A stretch of 32,000 bases of DNA from Aliivibrio fischeri ES114 (GTDB taxonomy: Bacteria; Pseudomonadota; Gammaproteobacteria; Enterobacterales; Vibrionaceae): assembly GCF_000011805.1 (NCBI RefSeq), contig NC_006840.2, one strand, 5' to 3'. Within the stretch, counting starts at the first letter, position 1; each line of letters opens with the position of its first letter. Positions 23,063-32,000 of this stretch are shown here, piece after piece. The notes beneath the pieces are model-generated. The model did not search any database. It had not been told where the DNA came from and worked only from the letters and a program-made list of their open reading frames with translations. A program made the translations under genes and the position numbers.

Positions 23063-23509
23063 ATGGAACAACATCATCAATATTACCAACCAACAAGCGC
23101 ATTTATCATGGCATCATGGGGAGCGTTTGTTATTGGTTCTTCTGCTTATTTATTTGGTTTATGGAAATCCACCATGGAGCTGAATGAAAAGGGTTATTAC
23201 TTTTCTTTATTATTGCTCGGTTTGTTTGCCGCAATATCATTACAAAAAACCATTAGAGATAAACACGAAGGGATAAACGTCACTTCAATGTATATGATGA
23301 GTTGTCGTGTTGCTTTGATTTCAGCGTTGGTATTAATGGCGATTGGTTTAAGAAATGCGGAATTATTACTCAGTGAAAAGGGCTTTTTTGCAATGGCTTA
23401 TACACTCTCATTATTTTCAGTTGTGACGATTCAAAAAAACATTCGAGATGTTGCAGCTACTACAAGTGATGAAGGGTTGTCTGAAGTAAAAGATGAGTTA
23501 GTAGAGTAA
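23063..23509 (+). CDS. YiaA-like YiaA/YiaB family inner membrane protein
   Basis: 148 aa; duplicated two-helix pattern LNEKGYYFSLLLLGLFAAISLQKTIRDK / LSEKGFFAMAYTLSLFSVVTIQKNIRD. Confidence 0.85.
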   Translation: MEQHHQYYQPTSAFIMASWGAFVIGSSAYLFGLWKSTMELNEKGYYFSLLLLGLFAAISLQKTIRDKHEGINVTSMYMMSCRVALISALVLMAIGLRNAELLLSEKGFFAMAYTLSLFSVVTIQKNIRDVAATTSDEGLSEVKDELVE

Positions 23510-23554
23510 TACTCATTATCCGTTCATTATGAGTTAAATAGATAATTACATTGA

Positions 23555-23584
23555 TATAAAAAAAGGCAGCGATAATGCTGCCTT
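23555..23584 (-). terminator. Terminator of acuI
   Basis: Minus strand AAGGCAGC-attatc-GCTGCCTTTTTTT. Confidence 0.8.
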
Positions 23585-23655
23585 GAATTACTGATGTTAT
23601 CTAAAACTAAGTTAGGTAGGACTTAGTTTTAAACCTTTTAGATTTTAATAACTAC

Positions 23656-24636
23656 TTAGATTTTAATTACAACGCGACCTGTGATTTGACCATTGGTAAT
23701 GTCTTCAGCAGCTTGGATTGCATCATCAAGAGACACTTCTTTTGTTGCTTGGTCAAAGAATGATGCTGGTAGTAGCTCAGCTAATTGTTCCCATGCTTTA
23801 ATGCGTTTTTCGCGAGGGCACATTACAGAGTCAATACCTTGTAGACGAACGTTGCGTAGAATGAATGGCATTACCGTTGTTGGTAAATCAAAACCACCAG
23901 CAAGACCACATGCCGCTACTGCGCCGTTGTAATCTACTTGTGCTAATACTTTTGCCAATACTTTGCTACCAACAGTATCGATAGCGCCAGCCCATAGCTG
24001 TTTTTCTAATGGTTTTGCTGGTTCTTCTAATTCGCTACGCTCAACAATACGAGTCGCACCTAGAGATTTTAGTAATTCGCCATTTTCAGAAGCTCGGCCT
24101 GTTACTGCTGCAACTTTATAACCCAATTGGTTTAGAAGTGTAATTGCAACACTGCCCACACCGCCGCTTGAACCCGTTACTAGGATTTCACCGTCTTCAG
24201 GTTTAATATCGGCATCAACAATGGCTTGTACACATAGCATTGCTGTGAAACCAGCTGTACCGATTGCCATTACTTTTTTAGCATCTAGGCCTTTTGGCAT
24301 AGGTACTAACCAGTCACCGTTTAGGCTTGCTTTCTCAGCCATACCACCCCAGTGACCTTCACCAACACCCCAACCAGTAAGAACAACTTCATCACCCGCT
24401 TTATAGCGAGGATCATCTGATTGAGAAACCACACCTGATAAGTCGATACCAGGAACCATTGGGAAGTTACGAACAATGCGTCCTTTACCAGTGATCGCTA
24501 AGCCGTCTTTGTAGTTAAGAGAAGAGTAGTTTACGTCGATTTTAACATTACCTTCAGGTAGTTGAGATTCATCGATCTCAGTAACTGCTGCAATTGTATT
24601 TCTATCTTCTTGATTTAGAACTAATGCTTTAAACAT
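23656..24636 (-). CDS. acuI: MDR-superfamily oxidoreductase, AcuI/YhdH (acrylyl-CoA reductase-like); start at ATG 24636 preferred
   Basis: MFKALVLNQED...; SSLNYKDGLAITGKGRIVRNFPMVPGIDLSG; GGAG Shine-Dalgarno six nt before the internal ATG. Confidence 0.88.
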   Translation of the reverse strand: MFKALVLNQEDRNTIAAVTEIDESQLPEGNVKIDVNYSSLNYKDGLAITGKGRIVRNFPMVPGIDLSGVVSQSDDPRYKAGDEVVLTGWGVGEGHWGGMAEKASLNGDWLVPMPKGLDAKKVMAIGTAGFTAMLCVQAIVDADIKPEDGEILVTGSSGGVGSVAITLLNQLGYKVAAVTGRASENGELLKSLGATRIVERSELEEPAKPLEKQLWAGAIDTVGSKVLAKVLAQVDYNGAVAACGLAGGFDLPTTVMPFILRNVRLQGIDSVMCPREKRIKAWEQLAELLPASFFDQATKEVSLDDAIQAAEDITNGQITGRVVIKI

Positions 24637-25217
24637 AACGAACTCCAATAAGGATAATAACGAACATCAAACGGTCTGTTTGACCAATGAGAGTAAGTGT
24701 AGGTGAGTTTTGAAAAGAAAAAAAATGATACTTAAACATGAGCTATATGCGTTTTATGCATAGATCACTAGTCTAGAAAATAAACAAAAAAATGAAAATA
24801 AGATCTTTACTTTTTTCTAGTTCGTGGTAATTTTGCGCCTTGCTCTAATGTATAGAGTTATTAATACAAGCAATAAGTACAAGTAAAACCCTCAGAAATA
24901 TCTTCAAAAAAGTATTATCTCCGTGTTTCATTTCACTTTTCCAATCATTAATAATTGAACATTTCAGCAGATCGTTAGCAACGAATAAGCCTAACTGGAT
25001 CTATTTATAATGTAATGTGACCGTGTGCAATCGAGGTTGTGAAAATGCGTCGGCTTTATACCTAACTAATGCTGTTAGGCTGCTTCCGTTACAAAGCAGA
25101 AAGATAAAGGACGTACAATCTCTCTAGTATAAATTACATAAGATAAATATCTCTTCTCAGGCTAAACGAAAGCATCACTTTGATGCATGTTTATACTTAA
25201 GTTAAGAAGGATATCTC

Positions 25218-25292
25218 ATGTCTAAATCAACAGGCAGAAAGCGTTTTTGGTTCCACCAATCTCGTGATACAAAAACTACATTCAAAAAGTAG
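25218..25292 (+). CDS. Candidate 24-aa small protein (absent from supplied ORF track)
   Basis: ATG...TAG encodes MSKSTGRKRFWFHQSRDTKTTFKK; AAGAAGGAT Shine-Dalgarno just upstream; terminator ~30 nt after the stop. Confidence 0.5.
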   Translation: MSKSTGRKRFWFHQSRDTKTTFKK

Positions 25293-25324
25293 TCTGTTTA
25301 TAGCACTCAGCTATAGATAGAAAG

Positions 25325-25368
25325 AAAAAGTCGCTTCAATGTTCATAGAACAGAGAGCGACTTTTTTT
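25325..25368. terminator. Bidirectional terminator between the small ORF and fadA
   Basis: AAAAAGTCGCT...AGCGACTTTTTTT with inner TGTTC/GAACA stem. Confidence 0.85.
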
Positions 25369-25395
25369 GTTTTTAACGTTTGAATTTACTTAGTA

Positions 25396-28750
<3,355 letters not shown>

Positions 28751-28801
28751 TTTCTATCTCCATGAAATAAAAACCAGAGAGGTGTATTCATTATTATATT
28801 A

Positions 28802-28818
28802 ATCTGGTTTGACCAGTT
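28802..28818. promoter_or_regulatory. Putative FadR operator upstream of fadBA
   Basis: ATCTGGTTTGACCAGTT; closely matches the E. coli fadBA FadR site as I recall it, ATCTGGTACGACCAGAT. Confidence 0.75.
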
Positions 28819-28992
28819 AATATTGGTTCTTATTTAAACAGATTTCAAATTAAATTTAACAATTTGTTTACGTTTATCTTGTTTGATCACAAATTTGTTT
28901 GATGCAAACCGAGAATAAACATCAGCTTAAAAGAGTAAATTTCGACAGAAGTGATACACTTTAAGGTTCCGTTTTTGCTATCAGTGTAAGCT

Positions 28993-29610
28993 ATGAATGA
29001 CCAGCCATATCAAGTACCCAAGGCGATGGTGGTATTTGAAGAAGAGATAAAAAAAAGCATCTTTATAACGTATTTAGCTCGAACGTCTTCCGTTGATGAC
29101 GCGAAAGCATTTGTTGCTGAAATAAAAGCTAAGCATTCAGATGCTCGTCATAACTGCTGGGGGTTTGTTGCGGGTCGACCTGAAGATTCTATGAAATGGG
29201 GATTCAGTGATGACGGTGAGCCGTCTGGTACTGCAGGCAAACCAATATTAGCTCAGTTGAGTGGCAGCGGTATCGGTGAGATAACTGCGGTTGTTACGCG
29301 TTATTACGGTGGTGTGCGTTTAGGTACTGGCGGTTTAGTAAAAGCTTATGGCGGCGGAGTTCAACAAGCATTAAAACTGATAGAAACTGAAGAAAAAAGA
29401 ATTACTGATACGGTTATTTTGCACTGTGATTATAACTTAGTGAGTTTGGTCGAAACTTTGTTGAGTCAATTTGAAGGTATTCAAGTGGATGCACAATACA
29501 GTGATAAGGTAGTGATGAGCGTTGAGTTAGAAAAGCGCGTTATTGAAGAATTTAAGATTGCCATTATCAATAAGAGTGGCGCAAAAATTGAATTTCCTTC
29601 AGATACATGA
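28993..29610 (+). CDS. yigZ: YigZ/IMPACT family protein
   Basis: 205 aa; HNCWGFVAG, FSDDGEPSGTAGKPIL, VVTRYYGGVRLGTGGLVKAYG. Confidence 0.95.
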   Translation: MNDQPYQVPKAMVVFEEEIKKSIFITYLARTSSVDDAKAFVAEIKAKHSDARHNCWGFVAGRPEDSMKWGFSDDGEPSGTAGKPILAQLSGSGIGEITAVVTRYYGGVRLGTGGLVKAYGGGVQQALKLIETEEKRITDTVILHCDYNLVSLVETLLSQFEGIQVDAQYSDKVVMSVELEKRVIEEFKIAIINKSGAKIEFPSDT

Positions 29611-29666
29611 AATTCAAATACCATTAATTATTTAGGATATGAGTGACGTCAAGCGTCCAATAAACC

Positions 29667-31124
29667 ATGCAGTTTCGTTCAATTATTCGAATCGTGGGTA
29701 TTTTACTCGCGGTATTCAGTTTTTTTATGTTGGCTCCTGCCTTTATCGCGTTTATATATCGTGATGGTGCCGGTGTACCATTTGTTATTACCTTCTTTTT
29801 ATTATTAGCTGGTGGCGGGGCTCTTTGGTTTCCTAACCGCCAGCATAAACATGAATTAAAATCACGTGATGGCTTTTTAATTGTCGTTCTTTTTTGGATG
29901 GTAATCGGTAGTGCAGGAGCATTGCCATTTTTGTTTTCAGGCTCACCAGATATTTCGGTAACTAATGCCTTTTTTGAATCATTTTCAGGGTTAACGACAA
30001 CTGGTGCAACAGTACTAACTGGGTTAGATCATTTACCAAAAGCGATTTTATTCTATCGCCAACTGCTCCAATGGTTTGGTGGTATGGGGATCATTGTATT
30101 AGCTGTGGCTATCTTACCGGTTCTAGGAATTGGTGGTATGCAGCTGTATCGTGCTGAAATCCCTGGTCCAGTTAAAGATTCCAAAATGACGCCACGCATA
30201 GCGGAAACAGCAAAGGTGCTTTGGTATATCTACCTAACCTTAACTATTGCCTGCGCATTGGCATTCTGGGTTGCCGGAATGGGGTGGTTTGATGCTATTT
30301 CTCATAGTTTTTCAACCATAGCGATTGGTGGGTTTTCTACTTATGATGCCAGTATGGGGCACTTTAATAGCCCTGTGATTAACGCTATTACGGTCGTATT
30401 TTTATTGATATCGGCTTGTAACTTTTCACTTCACTTTGCTGCGTTTGCATCGGGTGGTGTTCATCCAAAATATTATTGGCGTGATCCTGAATTTAGAGCA
30501 TTTATTTTCATTCAAATTCTCTTATTCTTAATTACTTTTTTATTGTTGCTAAAGCACAATACATATAACTCGGTCGGAACCGCAATTGATCAGGCGTTAT
30601 TCCAAACCGTGTCAATTTCAACGACAGCAGGATTTACGACGACTAGCTTTGCTGAATGGCCACTGTTTTTACCTGTTTTATTACTGTTTTCTTCTTTTAT
30701 TGGTGGTTGTGCAGGCTCAACCGGTGGCGGTATGAAAGTGATTCGTATTTTATTACTGTCATTGCAAGGCATGCGTGAAATTAAGCGATTGATTCACCCA
30801 AGAGCGATTTATACGATTAAGATTGGAACTAAAGCACTACCTCAGCGTGTGGTTGATGCGGTATGGGGTTTCTTCTCTGCTTATGCCTTGGTGTTTGTTA
30901 TTTGTATGCTGGCATTAATTGCTACAGGGATTGATGAATTGACTGCTTTCTCTGCAGTTGCAGCAACATTGAATAATTTAGGACCAGGTTTGGGTGAAGT
31001 TGCGGTTCACTTTGGTGAAGTAAATGATGCCGCAAAATGGATACTGATTATCGCTATGCTGTTTGGACGTTTAGAGGTATTTACGCTTCTTATTTTGTTC
31101 ACACCGACGTTTTGGCGTAGCTAG
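29667..31124 (+). CDS. trkH: Trk potassium uptake system membrane protein TrkH
   Basis: 485 aa; SGLTTTGATVLTGLDHLPK and GGCAGSTGGGMKVIR pore motifs; gene order yigZ-trkH-hemG. Confidence 0.96.
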   Translation: MQFRSIIRIVGILLAVFSFFMLAPAFIAFIYRDGAGVPFVITFFLLLAGGGALWFPNRQHKHELKSRDGFLIVVLFWMVIGSAGALPFLFSGSPDISVTNAFFESFSGLTTTGATVLTGLDHLPKAILFYRQLLQWFGGMGIIVLAVAILPVLGIGGMQLYRAEIPGPVKDSKMTPRIAETAKVLWYIYLTLTIACALAFWVAGMGWFDAISHSFSTIAIGGFSTYDASMGHFNSPVINAITVVFLLISACNFSLHFAAFASGGVHPKYYWRDPEFRAFIFIQILLFLITFLLLLKHNTYNSVGTAIDQALFQTVSISTTAGFTTTSFAEWPLFLPVLLLFSSFIGGCAGSTGGGMKVIRILLLSLQGMREIKRLIHPRAIYTIKIGTKALPQRVVDAVWGFFSAYALVFVICMLALIATGIDELTAFSAVAATLNNLGPGLGEVAVHFGEVNDAAKWILIIAMLFGRLEVFTLLILFTPTFWRS

Positions 31125-31156
31125 TTTTTATAATTAAACAGATTAAAGGGTTTACT

Positions 31157-31681
31157 GTGGAAAGAGTATTACTTCTTCACTCAAGTCGTGAAGGTCAAAC
31201 GATTAAAATATTGAACTACATTGCGACAAAGTTAGGAAGTGATGTTCAGTGTGAATTAGTTGATTTACACCAACCGCTATCGGTTTCATTTTCTGATTAT
31301 GATCGTGTTGTTATTGGTGCTTCAATTCGTTATGGCCACTTAAATAAAAAGCTATATCAATTTATCACTAAGTACCAAACGGAATTAGAACAGGCTAAGG
31401 CTGGGTTCTTTATTGTTAACTTAACCGCTCGTAAAGAGGGGAAAGATACGCCTGAAACGAGTGTGTACTTTAAGAAGTTCTTACTTAAATCGCCTTGGGT
31501 TCCTGCGTTACAAGATACGTTTGCTGGTGCATTGTTTTATCCTCGCTATAACTGGTTTGATCGTGTCATGATTCAATTCATAATGAAAATGACAGGTGGT
31601 GAAACGGATCCAACTAAGGAAGTTGAATACACTAACTGGCAACGAGTTGATCAATTCGTAGAGAAGATTAAACGCGGTTAA
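31157..31681 (+). CDS. hemG: Menaquinone-dependent protoporphyrinogen IX dehydrogenase HemG
   Basis: 174 aa flavodoxin-like; VLLHSSREGQTIKILNYIA, VIGASIRYGHLNKKLYQFI. Confidence 0.94.
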   Translation: MERVLLLHSSREGQTIKILNYIATKLGSDVQCELVDLHQPLSVSFSDYDRVVIGASIRYGHLNKKLYQFITKYQTELEQAKAGFFIVNLTARKEGKDTPETSVYFKKFLLKSPWVPALQDTFAGALFYPRYNWFDRVMIQFIMKMTGGETDPTKEVEYTNWQRVDQFVEKIKRG

Positions 31682-31799
31682 GTTTTACCCATTTTGGATA
31701 AAATAGTGCGATATAAGTAGAATTTTTGTTTTAGATTCAAATTTTTAGCTTCAAAAGTATGGATTTTATTATTGAAGTGATTACAATAGCACGCACAAC

Positions 31800-31876
<77 letters not shown>

Positions 31877-31885
31877 TATTTAGAG

Positions 31886-31916
31886 AAGGCTCATATCGAA
31901 AGGTATGAGCCTTTTT
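31886..31916 (+). terminator. Terminator after tRNA-Trp
   Basis: AAGGCTCATA-tcgaaagg-TATGAGCCTTTTT. Confidence 0.85.
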
Positions 31917-31935
31917 GCTGTCTGGGATTTGAGAA

Positions 31936-32000
31936 AAGAGCCACGGATTCCTCCGCCATAAGAACGCGCGTGTTGGGAGTTCGAATCTCTCCACCCCTGC
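31936..32000 (+). pseudogene. Degenerate second tRNA-Trp copy (truncated by window end)
   Basis: 31967-32000 is identical to 34 nt of the tRNA-Trp 3' half; gagc..cggattcc...tccgc upstream looks like a decayed D/anticodon arm lacking the anticodon. Confidence 0.7.

Noticed and set aside
22980-23183. 67-aa ORF overlapping the start of the yiaA-like gene
   Set aside because: The overlapping frame has no recognisable features; the CDS at 23063 has the better ribosome-binding site and family match.
24792-24830. 12-codon ORF MKIRSLLFSSSW
   Set aside because: No ribosome-binding site and a low-information sequence.

Overview
This window looks like the replication-origin region of chromosome 1 of a Vibrionaceae genome. 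It is probably Aliivibrio-like, which I infer from recalled gene order and protein character, not from a search. It opens inside oriC: three tandem 13-mers, three perfect TTATCCACA DnaA boxes and 15 GATC sites in about 300 bp. It continues through mioC-mnmE-yidC-yidD-rnpA-rpmH, a polar amino-acid ABC transporter, dnaA-dnaN-recF-gyrB, ibpA, avtA, glyQS, a MalS-like lipoprotein, tusA, a LysR regulator, a yiaA-like gene, acuI/yhdH, fadBA, yigZ-trkH-hemG and tRNA-Trp. I see no phage, transposase, CRISPR array, toxin-antitoxin or defence island, and I cannot support a claim of a new multi-gene system. The observations most worth following are small or non-coding: (1) a MalS-like glycoside hydrolase family 13 (GH13) lipoprotein whose active-site motifs all appear lost; (2) a ~100-nt branched inverted-repeat element between ibpA and avtA; (3) an ERIC-like ~82-nt imperfect palindrome just after gyrB; (4) a sigma32-type promoter plus ROSE-like RNA thermometer ahead of ibpA; (5) a structured ~750-bp gap with an unannotated 24-codon ORF next to a terminator, near fadA; (6) a decayed second copy of the tRNA-Trp 3' half at the right edge; (7) a 14-nt-arm inverted repeat between tusA and a small membrane protein gene; (8) a hairpin that could hide the yiaA Shine-Dalgarno. 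All folding was done by eye.
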